From: Podarcis melisellensis
Lineage: Eukaryota
Length of the DNA: 64,000 nt
Direction: 5' to 3' (one strand)
Assembly (NCBI GenBank): GCA_964234715.1
Contig: OZ174281.1
How positions within the stretch are numbered: the stretch's first letter is position 1; every line of letters begins with the position of its first letter. The position numbers and the translations under genes are program-made. Below are positions 1 through 12,069 of this stretch, one piece after another. The notes beneath the pieces are model-generated. The model was not told where the DNA came from. It worked only from the letters and a program-made list of their open reading frames with translations, and ran no database searches.

Positions 1-502
1 GTTTAGGGGGGAAATGAGGGCAGGGGCAGAGAGTGGGAGTATCATGGAAAAGGTTGTGGCTGGCTGGAACCCTGAGCAGGAAGATGGGAGACTGGGTTTT
101 TAAAAATTTCTAACTGTTAAATAGCCCTTGAAGACTGAATGGTTGATGATTGGCCACGGAATGCAGAGTGCTTGCTGTCGGCAGGAACGTGGGGTGGAGT
201 GGAATATCTTGAAAGAAGGCAAGGATAAGTGGATGGTATACTGAACTGAACAAGAGCAGTGCACTCTGCAATATTTTGTTGCTGGTTCCACTTGTAAATA
301 AAGAGTTAAGACCAGATTAGCTAATGATCCTGGAGATCTTTGATTTCATCAGCATCATGTGACTTAACTCACAGTAACTCTAGGAAATGAGTGATCTATT
401 TTGTAGTCAGCTTTGGCACTGTACACCTTGCTGCTCTGGTCTCCTTATAACACTTGCTCTTGTTTGGTTTATATGGTAAAATTTGAGAGGGGTGTGTCTC
501 TC

Positions 503-515
503 TGTGTTTGTGTGT

Positions 516-553
<38 letters not shown>
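503..553. repeat. (TG)n microsatellite
   Basis: Imperfect TG run followed by a short (AG)n. Confidence 0.95.
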
Positions 554-555
<2 letters not shown>

Positions 556-1568
556 GTGTAAGAGAGAGAGAATGTATGTGGGAATCTGTCAGGACAGGTG
601 GCCAGATCTTTTGTTCTTACATCTTTTCTTTCCCTATAAGCAACACTGTTTGTATGCTACACCCCCCCCAAAAAAGGTAAAATCTGTGTCTAACAAAGCT
701 AAATTCTCAGATGCATGTAAGTTATGTCAATCAAGCAAGTTATGATACCTTTATCCTGCATAATCTGCAAGTCTTGAGTAAATAAAAAAAGAGAGCCACT
801 TTGAACTCTTCACCCTGCAGCTACTGGGATTCGGATTCCACCACTACTTTTGATTTTTGTCCCTATCATTGCTTGCAGATTCTAAATTATTTGCAGCTAT
901 ATTGGCTAGCGGTTTTTTGTTTTGCTTTTAAATGAAAGCTAAGGTACTGGGAACACCATATTTTTCACCTAGTACTGAATCATGTGCTTGAGTGATATGG
1001 TTGTGGAATTGTAGCCTTGCCTTAGAAGTATATGTAATACTGTACAATGGTTTAATATTCCCAATTTGCAATTGAAATATGATCTTGGGTATTCTAGTTT
1101 AAATCATCTCTAACCCCAATTTGATTGTAAGTAGTGGATTCAAGAATCAACACATTTAGAGCTACAGTCTGTCCCTGATATTTGGTGGATTGTTTGTGAA
1201 TTCTTCAGGTGATGGTGTGAAGAGGGGATTATCTTTGGGGACTCCAGAATCACCATATATAAACCTGTCAGCTGGACAAGCAGTAAAGAGGCTTGGACAA
1301 CTTTTCAGTGATGTTGAACATTATTCCATAATTCAACTACCCTTAAAAGCTGTATATGTGCTAAGAAGTAAAACTTTTGAGTAGCATGGATGTGTGGTTA
1401 ATTCTTTCCCTTTTTCATATTTGAAAGTGTGCTCTAAAATGAAATATATCTATCTGAGAAATGGGAGTTGGTTGTTTTTCTGCTTTTTGCCACTTTAAAA
1501 TAAAATGTATGTTTTCCATGTTTGAAAAAGGTGCCAGTTTTAAGAAGTTTGACCTTTTTTATTTTCAG

Positions 1569-1741
1569 TCCTAAAAGAAGCACTGAAAAACGTAATCGCG
1601 AACAAGAGAATAAATACATAGAAGAGCTTGCAGAGCTGATCTTTGCTAATTTTAATGATATTGACAATTTTAACTTCAAACCTGACAAATGTGCAATCTT
1701 GAAAGAAACTGTGAAGCAGATTCGTCAAATAAAAGAACAAG
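1569..1741 (+). CDS. NCOA2: NCOA2 coding exon (bHLH domain); first NCOA2 exon in the window
   Basis: ttttcag|T CCT AAA ... CAA G|gtaag. Encodes [57 protein letters not shown], the p160 bHLH. Confidence 0.97.
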
Positions 1742-1945
1742 GTAAGAAGAGTGTTTTCAAGTGTCCACTTTTATAAACACATGAAGCGTACAAAAGGAGT
1801 AACAGTATGTCTGACATTTCTGTGCAGAAACAAAATGTATACAAAGTAAAATGAGTGACCATCACAACAACAGTCATTGTGATAACATTCTGTCTAACTG
1901 CCCTGTGCTAATTAGTAGTAATAGCTAGATACTATGGTTACAGTG

Positions 1946-2300
1946 GGGACGCAGGTGGCGCTGTGGGTTAAACCACAGAGCCTAGGGCTTGCCGATCAGA
2001 AGGTCGGCGGTTCGAATCCCTGTGACGGGGTGAGCTCCCGTTGTTCGGTCCCTGCACCTGCCAACTTAGCAGTTCAAAAGCACGAATGGCAAGTAGATAA
2101 ATAGGTGTTGCTCCGGCGGAAAGGTAAACAGCGTTTCTGTCCGCTGCTCTGGTTTCGCCAGAAGTGGCTTAGTCATGCTGGCCACATGACCCAGAAAATC
2201 TGGACAAATGTTGGCTCCCTTGGCCAATAAAGCGAGATGATTGCTGCAACCCCAGAGTCGTCCGCGACTGGACCTAATCGTCAGGGGTCCCTTTATCTTT
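1946..2300 (+). mobile_element. Sauria SINE, full length
   Basis: GGGACGCAGGTGGCGCTGTGGGTTAAACC head, B-box GGTTCGAATCC, CCTTTA-type tail. TSD TATGGTTACAGTG (1933-1945) / TACGGTTACAGTG (2301-2313). Confidence 0.9.
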
Positions 2301-2619
2301 TACGGTTACAGTGACAATTATTCATTGGTATGAATGTGATGCTCTGCATAGAATTGTCACTGCTCTGCTACCCCTTGTATTTCAAGACCTTTTGGGCCCA
2401 TTATTTCTTTATTTATATGTTTGTTGGTAGATGCGCATGTCCCAACTAAGGCATATTAGTGCAAACTAAGGGCAAAGAAGTAGGCTCTATATGGATAGTT
2501 TGGGTCCAAAATGGTTTTCCTTTGCTGTCATTGGAATTTGGAATTAACAACCCATATATGTATGAAGACTTCCGTAGAAGGTTGAAGCTATTGCAAAGGT
2601 GAAAACTCAGGCATGTTAC

Positions 2620-2708
2620 AATCTGTGTAGCAACTGTGTAGCAACTAGTGCTATGTAGAATCTGTGTAGCAACTAGTGCTGTGTAGAATCTGTGTAGCAA
2701 CTAGTGCT
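2620..2708. repeat. 28-bp minisatellite (about 2.7 copies plus a partial unit)
   Basis: Unit CTGTGTAGCAACTAGTGCT(A/G)TGTAGAAT starting at 2634, 2662 and 2690. Confidence 0.9.
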
Positions 2709-2850
2709 TTATATTTCATTTAAAAATCTGAACCCAGGTGACAGATATGGTTTGCAGAGGAATAGCTTCAAAGTAGCTGAAAGTGCATATAATGCATGTT
2801 GTGGGACAAATAAATGCTTTCTTCCACATACGCAACAATAAGTTCAGGAA

Positions 2851-2955
2851 TGTTGTTGTTGTTGTTAAATTTCTATACTGCCCTTCATCCAAGGATCACA
2901 GTGTGGGTTACAATATTTAAAACACAAAAATACACAACATAGTAGCAAACAAAAA
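2851..2955 (-). mobile_element. L2-type LINE 3' tail fragment
   Basis: (GTT)n, then AAATTTCTATACTGCCCTTCATC...; the same motif recurs near 11230, 31400, 42320 and 45055. Confidence 0.55.
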
Positions 2956-3873
2956 CAATGATGTAGGTTACTGGAAGTGGAATTCAAAAGGCAGAGTTAT
3001 TTGGAGACAGGTCTCCTCCGCTAATAGTCATTCCCTGTTCCTTCTTTTTTCTTTCTTTCTTTTGCCAAGCGTGTGAGGAAATAACCTATTGCTGCAACAG
3101 GGGTGCTTGCCTGTGCTCCTTTATTTATGATAAAGCTCTTTAGTCCATACAGTAGAAGCCTGTGAAACTTGTGCGGGCTGCTAAACCAGTCATCTTAGTG
3201 CTGTCACTGCAAAGCGACATGACAATGATGGTTGTTGGCAGCACTTACTGCCCAGGCTGTACTGCAATGGGGTTCATTGTGCTCAATCCTGTGTGTTTTA
3301 AAAAGCAGCCACTAACTCTTTAGTAATCAAATTTCCTTTACGAGAATTCATGGCTATGCAATAACTTCTTTCTCCTATGTGTTTTGTTCTGCGTTTTAGG
3401 AACTGTAGGAGTTGGCCTTTGCCTTCTAGAACCCTGGGTCTTAGAAAATAGACCTTGCTGCTTAGTGCCTTGTGTCTATTCATTATACATCTGCAACCAC
3501 TAGACCTTTATACCTGTTCTTATAAATAGGGGTGGGAACAGAGTAAAAACAGGCTCTTCACTGATTACCTTTCTAGCCCAGCAGAAACCTAATGAAGAAT
3601 CAGAATTATCCCTCAAATGTACTACATGAGTCAATTGCACATGAATATTTCCTTTGCCCCACCACCAAAGCGTAATCCTGGTAGTGAGGGAACAAGCACA
3701 ATGCTAGTTCATGGGAGAAAATTGTTGGCTTAGGGGAATTGAGAACACTTCCTTTGCCTTAGCTGGTCAAGGAGCTACTAGGCAGAATAACACTGGATCT
3801 GCCGAAGGCCGTTCCTACTGTTTCCCTTCGCAGAAGCTTTTTATTTATCTTTTTATTTTATTTATATTTTTAT

Positions 3874-3955
3874 GTATCTGAAGAAGTGTGCATGCACACG
3901 AAAGCTCATACCAAGAACTAACTTAGTTGGTCTTTAAGGTGCTACTGAAAGGATT
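3874..3955 (+). mobile_element. Penelope-like element remnant with minimal hammerhead ribozyme motif
   Basis: GTAT-CTGAAGA-A-GTGTGCATGCACAC-GAAA-GCTC-ATAC, followed by ...TTGGTCTTTAAGGTGCTACTG, resembling squamate PLE terminal repeats. Confidence 0.7.
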
Positions 3956-5768
3956 TTTTTTTTTTGTTTTATTTAAGCGCTCCGCCTTTCTTGCCAGGTT
4001 CTGGAGCAATTGCATGAGATCATGCAAGAGCCTCCAGAACCCGGTAAGCAAGGGCCCCCACTCCCTTTCTGTTTGTTTGTTTGTTTGTTTATTTATTTAA
4101 TGGTGGTCTGTATAAATCTGCAGTCAAGTAAGCAAAGGCAGTGTATGTTGTGATTGCCCTGTAGTTCCCCCATTCTTTATTATCATGCTGTGTGCTTGAC
4201 ATAGATTGGAAGCATCACAAATATGAATAAACATGTCTGTACAGCATAGTAAAGTCTCTGATGTTGCAGTTATAATCACAGCGTGTAATTCTGGCCTGGA
4301 AAATTAATAATACATTTTCTGTATTTACTTGCGTTGTTTTGACTCAGGCCATGAAAGATGTACATCATCTGCTCCATACTCTGTAAATGCAAGTTTACTT
4401 GTCATTCTAGCCTCCCTGACTTTTAAATGTCACAGACTCCATTTCTTTCCTACTAATTCCAAGTTTGCTGATGAGGATCAATGATCAGCATGTTAAACAT
4501 GCAGCAGGGTACTGCCTGGTTATCAAGAGGGTGATGATGAACAATCTAGCTGTTAATGCTCACATTACAACTGTCAGCTTTCATTTTCAAAATAGGCTTA
4601 TACATCAAGCACTGAATTATGTTAACCATTGTGCTAATGATGTATATGAACTTGACAAAGAAAAGGAGATGAGCATTAATTGCAAGAAATTATTGGTTTG
4701 CACAATTCTAAAAAATGCTTAGTAGTCAAAGCATGCCCCTTGGCTGTGCTGGTGGTTCTAAGGATTTCACAAACCATTCATGGATACTAGAGGGTTAGGT
4801 GGAATCTACACATATATAAAAGATGCTGTGAAAATGCTTTTTAAAAAAAGTTTTGAAAAATATATTGAATTTCCCATAGCTCACTGTCTCCATCTAGTGT
4901 CATATTTGTATATTGCACTTTACAACACACTTAAAATGTTTTATTTGCAGCTGTATAGCTAAGTCCTTATTTGGGAGAATATTTTCTTCATGCAGAATAA
5001 ATTTAAGGGTGCTGCAGAAAATAACAAGTTGTGCAACGGAGTAACTTCACAGGACAGTGGTGCCCTTTGTATTCATCTTAACCCACTCACCCCTATTAGC
5101 TTCTCAGTCCATCCATCACCAGCACTTTGATATTGGGTTGATCAGCTTTATCAGGAGGAATCTGAGATCTATAAGGAGCAAAATATCTAGGAGTACGTCT
5201 GGTATTTTCTAAGTTACATATTCGTTGTGGAATGTTATATATGCATGCCTTTGCGCAATGTCTTACATCCTGGCAGAGTTTTGAAACAGCAGGCTACTTC
5301 ATTCTCTTATATGGAGATAAGGACAATGTTATAAGTTGCAATGTCTTTGGAACTAACATAAAAATTGCTAGTGTGTTTATTTCCCCTCCTTCAAAAAATC
5401 CTCCCCACTCTTTTCTGGGTCTGTGAAGTTTCTGTGCCTCACCAAATTATGGGATCAACAACCATGTTCATAATTCTGAACTATATGAGTTGTTTATCTC
5501 CTTTTCTTTGAAGCACATTTATTCTACTTGTATAACTGAAGTGTTTCTCCATCTTAAAATGTAATGTAGGGAAGACTTGTGTGTCTGCTTTTGAGCCAGA
5601 ATGCAAAGGACCTAACATGTTTTAGCGTGCTGTTGTTTCTTAGAACTAGACATGTCTACCTTTCCTAGGGCTTTTAGTATTTATCAGGAGCTTTTGCTGA
5701 AGTGACTAAGTGCAATCTGAAACATATTTACTCTGAGGTAAATCCTAGTGAGTTTAATAGGACTTATC

Positions 5769-5802
<34 letters not shown>
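5769..5802. repeat. (GCAA)n microsatellite
   Basis: About 8 perfect units. Confidence 0.95.
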
Positions 5803-8723
5803 GATGGGATGGATGCTTAGAATGGAACTGTTTAAAACGTAATGCATAAATTGCCCTCATCTTGCCAGACCTGGTGTATGTAGAACTTAGGTCCATTTTA
5901 TTATATCATGTTGAACAGATGCTTAATGTGCACATACATGAAGTGGCTTTAATGGATTGTAATTGCTTTAAATAAATAGTTTCAGGGCTTCAGTCATGAG
6001 GGGAAAAAAATGAAAGAAAACCATGTTTGAATACGAGAGTATGGTTTTGTTTTCTACTTTCACGTTGATTGGCTTTTTATTTTAGTTCTCAGTTATGATT
6101 TTGAGAGAAAATTGTGCTAAAGGTTTTGTGTCAAATATCTAGTTAGGTTGACTTTACAGCTTCCTTGCCTTGAAAGTTGCTAATTTCATAACCATATAAA
6201 CTGCATTTTGGTAATACACATTTTCTGTTTTTCTTCTGGAACTGGTAAAATGAAATGTTGCTGTTGTAAGTGTGAAATTATAAGTGGCTTTACTGACATT
6301 GGTGGAGTTGTATGACTTGGACGCTGGTTGTCTTGTTGGACACCTGGATTCCTTTGTTAGAAGCAATCTCTGAGATATACAAACAAATGTAGCTTTGTTT
6401 GTATATCTGAGGGACCTATTGATTTGCTGCTTAACAAGTCCCTCTGCTGTCCCTCAAGAATGGAGAAGGTTCAGTTTTTTCCATGTTGATTATGGCATCT
6501 CTGTAGGCCAAATATTTGGATTTGTGATTCCATACAGCTGTAACAGTGGCTGCCTACAAGCTATGGTTTGCAGATTTTGAGCTTCTTCCCCCCACATCAG
6601 CTGGGTTCAGAACGTAACTTCTGTGTAAATGGGGAGTTGTCTGTATACCAGGGAGCCAATCAGACTAGATGAAGTGGGAAAGGGTGTTCAGCGGCAATCG
6701 TGTCAACAGTCCAAATCATTCAAATGTTCCAGAGCCCCAGTCATATCAGCTGGAAAATCCCTCAGAGCCACCTGGAAACCTCTTGGACCCATGTGAGGTC
6801 TCCGCGTGAACTAGAGCTCTCTCTGTGCATGGTTCTAATCCTTGCAGAAGCAACCCAAAGTCAGGATGAGGTCAGCCTTTCAATGCTGACTTCATCCTGA
6901 CTTTGCTGTGATGCATGAAAATCAGTTACAAATTCAGTTCAGTCTCAGTTTGTTGGTTGCCACTAGCATGTATTACAGTAATGCATCCCGATGAGCAGGA
7001 CTGTTGAATTCATAAATGCAACGCGGTACCACATGGACTGCGTACACAACTGCACCTCTCCCTTGAATCTTAAAAATCCATTTGTGACATGACCCTGGAG
7101 TACAGTGCCTGTCATTTTCTTTGGGCCTCTGAGCTTGCAGAGTCCAAAACAAACTGCAGCTAGTCCCTGCACAGGGCTCTGTATGTGGGAAGAGGTGTGC
7201 AGAGTACTATTTGTTGCTATTGCTTGCTGTAGGCGCAGAAAACCCTGTGATCTCTCATGAGCACTGGTAGCACAGAGAAGTAAAAACTGTAAGAGAAGGA
7301 GGGATAAGGGAGCAAGCACTGGCAAGGGCAGACAACTGGCTCCTTAGTCTCTGCTCACAAGGATGTTCTGGACGGTTGCCTTTGTTCAACATGTAGCAAA
7401 GTGCTGAGCAATAAAAATGTTCATAGTAGCTGTCACTGACAGTGCTTCCCTGTTGTACAGGCAGTGCTACACTAGAAGGCAGAGCCTACGAGACCTTCCT
7501 TTTGCTGCCTGACAAAAGATGCTATGTACTCTGTTCAGTCTGACTCCCTTGTGTTTATTTCTGTTGGCTCTGCTGCATACAGTATTGTTGCTTTCCTTTT
7601 GTTCTTGCATTTCTGTGCTTTTTGTAAAAGGAATAGCAAGTCTTCCAGTGAAGCCAAAGTGAAAGGGACATCATCTTAACGACTCTGAGCTTCTACCAGT
7701 CATTTAAGCACCATGACCCTAATCATCGGTGATTAAAATAGCATTTTCATAGCTTTCTGTTTGATGGTGTGGTGTTCATTTCAAAACAACTCAGGCATTC
7801 TGAGGCAAAGTGAAGAAAAACCCTACAGAATTGGGTTTTAAAAGAGCTTCTCTGTTCAGCTTACGTTCTGTTTATTCTTAAAAGGTACTGCCATTGAAGT
7901 GATGCCTTAAACTAGACAATTCACCTATCAAGAAAATATCAAGCGTAAATTTTATTCAAGCAAGTTACTTTTCAACCATTTCTAGGAGAATCACTCACCT
8001 CAAATATTTTGAGTTCTATATAGACTGATATGATTGAGGGCCATCTATGAAGATGGAAGTATGCTATGTTGTAGAAAATGGAGGTTTTTGATTTTAAGAA
8101 ATGTCACATCCTATTATAGAGAAATGGCATAGTAGAAACCAGTCCCAACTTGGTTGCATTCATTTCAGGGTGTGTGTTTTTTTATTCCTGGAGAAACAAG
8201 AAATAAATGTGTTGTACCATAAGACCTTCTGCTTGCAAAACATGTGATTTATCATTGAGTTGTGATCCATTTCACATGCATACTTGAGTGACAAATGGCC
8301 ATCAGTTGAGATTTTAAAAATGTGAGATACTTCATGGTCACATACTCAAAAAAAATTCCCCTTGTACTTTGCACACCAAAATGTAGCCTTAGGCAAATTA
8401 ATAATAAAACACACTTCTTCCACTTTGTAGGGACTGAAGGCTAAAGAAAGAAATATTTTTTAAACTACACATGATGGACGATGTGACTAAACAGCATATA
8501 TAGTCTAATATCGTGGTTCATGTTGAGAAAAAAAATCATATTTAATTAGCTGTGGAACATTTGTATTCATGCCTTCAGTTTCTAAAACTATTTAGAGATC
8601 TGATCTGAGGATTAGTGGTTTCATACAGTTCTAACAATGGTTGCCTGCAACCTATGGTTTGCAAATTTGGAGCCAGCCACAGAGTGTGTGCTCCCTCCTT
8701 TCTCTTTTTACCTTCAACCATGA

Positions 8724-9135
8724 TGTCAGGGAACTGACATCAGAGCGAGAGGAGGAGGCAGGGCTCCAGAGCGATGCCGGAGAGGGGACCAGCAGGGGGG
8801 AAGGAATTCAGCGCAACACCAGTAGAGAAGGGAGGGAGATGGAGGAATTGGAGACTGGTCTCCAAGACCCTGCATCAGAGACTAGTGGAGAGAGCGCTGG
8901 CACACCCCTGCCTTCCCCTTACTTGCGCAGACGAGTTCCGCGCAGGGAAAGTAGGAGGAGACTTGGCGTCAAACAGCTCTTATGCTGGAAAAGGTTCAAG
9001 AAACGCCCACTGACAGATTCTGCAAGCGACTGACCGGCCAGGGAGTGTGGGCTGTCAGCCAAGGCATGGTGAACCAGGCAATCGGACACAACTAGCAGGC
9101 AACTTACGCACAAGTAACCCCTTACAACCATTACA
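8724..9135. mobile_element. Solo LTR (Gypsy-like) with 5-bp TSD
   Basis: GC-rich 412-bp block with TGT...ACA ends, flanked by perfect CATGA at 8719-8723 and 9136-9140. Confidence 0.75.
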
Positions 9136-9234
9136 CATGACTTGGTATTATATCTTCACCGATGCTAACCATAGTTGATGGTAACAAGGGCCCCCATTCT
9201 TATTCACAGTTAAATTCAACATTTCACAGAAGTG

Positions 9235-9366
9235 GAGAGTTGGAAGGGACTGTAAGGATCATCTAGTCCAACCCCGTGCTATGCAAGAAGGTGCAGCTGT
9301 CCTGTATGGGGATTGACCTGCAATCTTGGTGTTATCAGTACCATGCTCTAACCAACTGAGCTATCA
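9235..9366 (-). mobile_element. tRNA-derived SINE with CR1-like tail (POM-SINE-like)
   Basis: Minus strand: GATAGCTCAGTTGGTTAGAGCATGG tRNA head and GGGTTGGACTAGATGATCC...CCCTTCCAACTCT tail. Confidence 0.8.
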
Positions 9367-9504
9367 TAGAAACCCTGACTTGACAAAACACTGAGTGAAA
9401 CAATGTTTTACACCAATTAATTTTATGTAATCGAATGAGACATTTCAAATAATGCTCACTATCATTTGTACTGAGTTTAAATGCCTGCCAGAAGAACTAG
9501 ACAC

Positions 9505-9546
<42 letters not shown>

Positions 9547-9569
9547 TGATGATGATGATGATGATGATG
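9505..9569. repeat. Compound (TAA)n(TGA)n microsatellite, probably the tail of a minus-strand L2 fragment that continues to about 9630
   Basis: Repeat seen directly. The following CTGGGCTACCCCAGCCAATCTGGGCGGCTTCC resembles the L2 tail at about 47690. Confidence 0.85.
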
Positions 9570-11690
9570 GACATTTGACTGGGCTACCCCAGCCAATCTG
9601 GGCGGCTTCCAGCAAATTATAAAACCACAAATTCTATTATTCTTTCATTTCCTTTGTATAATCTTATATGACACATGCAGTTTAACAGCAGAAAACAACT
9701 TTTCTGACACATTCTGCAAAGCATATAATGTGGCATTTGAAACACGGACAGTGTCATAGTTTTAGGGTAAAAAACTTTCAGCTTTTAGGAATATTTTAGA
9801 TTAATCTGTGTACTGTACTACTTCACACAATTCGGCATCCCTACTGATAAAAGTAAGACGGTCTGCTTTCTGTTCTCAGCCATCAAATGGAGAGAAGGAG
9901 GCGGGGAGGGCTGGAAATGTGATGTCATTGGTAGTAGGGGATTGGTTAATATGGCTGTCACTCCCCGCAGATTGTGAGAAGCTCTCATTTGCTGACAAGG
10001 GGGCTGTGTGTTAGGAGGGGAATGAAGCAATCTCTTCACTGTTAGGGCTGATCTCAGTGAGTAAACAAGCTGGGAAATAGTGCAGCTGTGCTCTTTAAAT
10101 ATGCACTGCAGGAGATTTCAGCAAGCTGATGATATATCACGCATTAATGTTGAAAAGATAAACACATTTTGAGAGTGCAGGAAGGGCCTTGTGTTTTTAT
10201 GTTGGCAGAATGCTTCCTAATGAATAAGAATGTGCTGCTGGCTCACAAAGCCATATGGCAGCTTTTCTAATTTTAGTTCAGTGCAGATGCATAATTCTCT
10301 CTTGTTTTACCTCCTAAAACCTTTCTGTGGTGATATGAATGTTTTCCTGTAATATCTTGGTTTTTAGCAGTAAATGTGCCTGTTGCTCTAATGTATCCTC
10401 TGCTCTGTTGTAAAATGTAGCCCGAACTTGATATTTTCTCTCTTACTTTTCTAAATAAAAGGCAAACATGGCTACGGATGGCACAGCCTTCCTGCTGAGC
10501 CTTAAAATTGGAATGCTAGTTAATTTTATATATTCTTTTGAAAAACTGGTGAAATCTTACAAGAGTAACTGACAGTTTCCTGCTGTCTGAAATAGTGAAA
10601 TGTGATTGCAGTCCACGAGAGCTTCACAGATTTCAGAGTCTGGGCTTTGAATAATAAACTAAAAGAACCTCTTCCCAAAAGTTAACAAAGGGTAGGAGCA
10701 ACTTTTAAACACTTCACTACGCTGGTCCAGCATATGGCATGTTTATAGCTTGCTATCTTTCTGAAACTCCTGTTTTATTGCCAGAACACTGGTTTGTTAA
10801 AATGCTTGCAAATTTGAAACTATGCTGTTTCGGGTGCCATTTTGTTTTTTTTCAGCTGGTACTGTGACTACTTAAGAATATGTAATGTTACAAAACTGAC
10901 GCCTGTCTGAAGTAAATTTCAAGTAATTCCAGGAACTGTTTCTGCAAAAATCCCCAACATTACATATTTTAAATGATCTGTGCCTCTTATTTTTCCTTGC
11001 TTTACAGTTCCAATACTGCTTTAGGCTACCCATGCAAACTAGGTATAGATTTAACAGATTTGCCAAGGATGCCAATATCACTGTAATTGCCCCTGCTTTT
11101 TCCTTCCACCCAGGCTAAAAGCAGAGTTACTGGGTATATACAACAACAGGAGTAAAACTAAATAGATTTGTGCCTGCTTTTTTTTATTTAACTCTGATGT
11201 CTTCCAGTCATATCATCATCATCATTTTTAATTTGTATACCGCCTTTCTATCTTACAATACTGAAGACGGTTTACAAGCTGAAGAAACAAAAAATGTACA
11301 TCTTATGACAATCTAATGCAATACAGTAAAAAATTACTTTAAAATAGGCAACCTCCATCAAAAAAGTAACATTCAGCAATCATTAGAATAGTATAAAATA
11401 ATAATATCAACATATAAAAGTTAAACGGAAATCCACTCAACAGTTACAATAATATCTAAACTATAATCAATAAAACAATGGCAAGCCACAGTACATAAAA
11501 CAATACAATACACATTGAGAAGCAGAGAGTGGGGCAAGGCAGGTAGAAGGAGGCCTTGCCTGATGGAGTCTCTCCTCTCACTTCTTCCACCAGGCACAGC
11601 TCCCTTATGAGGACTCCTAGGGCCAATATTATTTCTCTGCTCTGTCTTAAAAATAGCCTACGAAGTAGCAGGATGCTTTTGTAGTTGAGT

Positions 11691-12069
11691 CAGTGGCGTC
11701 GGGGCGGGGGTGGGTGAGCGGTGCACCCCGGGTGCCATGTCTGAGGGGGTGACAAGAAGGCAAGGATCCCGGCGCCAGTGGCAAACCACTATGTACAGCG
11801 CATGTGCAGCGTTGCACGCATGCGCTGTATGTAACGCCGCTGTACATAGCGGTTTGCTGCCGGCACCACTTGAGCACTGTATGGACGGCGGTGGGATCTC
11901 TCCGTAGCCGCTACAGCTGCAAACGGAGGATCCTCTGGATCCCAGCACCCTCTGTACAGCACATGTGCAGCATCGCTACATACAGCACATGCGCTGTACA
12001 TAGCGACGCCGCACATGCGCCATACATAGCAGTTTGCCGCCTTCGTTACGACGCCTTCGTTCTCCCCTG
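11691..12069. mobile_element. Non-autonomous hAT element with internal palindromic repeats
   Basis: CAGTGG...CCCCTG ends and a perfect 8-bp TSD AGTTGAGT (11683-11690, 12070-12077). Confidence 0.8.

Noticed and set aside
1-373. Possible LTR 3' portion (AATAAA at 297-302, ending ...TCACA)
   Set aside because: The left end is outside the window, so no TSD or family identity can be checked.
413-745. Cys/Val-rich ORFs
   Set aside because: Produced by the (TG)n microsatellite.
2620-2708. Possible CRISPR-like repeat array
   Set aside because: Contiguous tandem units with no unique spacers, in vertebrate intron DNA; a minisatellite.
9300-9366. tRNA-like sequence on the minus strand (also about 53330-53394 and the Sauria SINE heads)
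   Set aside because: Degenerate SINE heads joined to LINE-derived tails, not intact tRNA genes.
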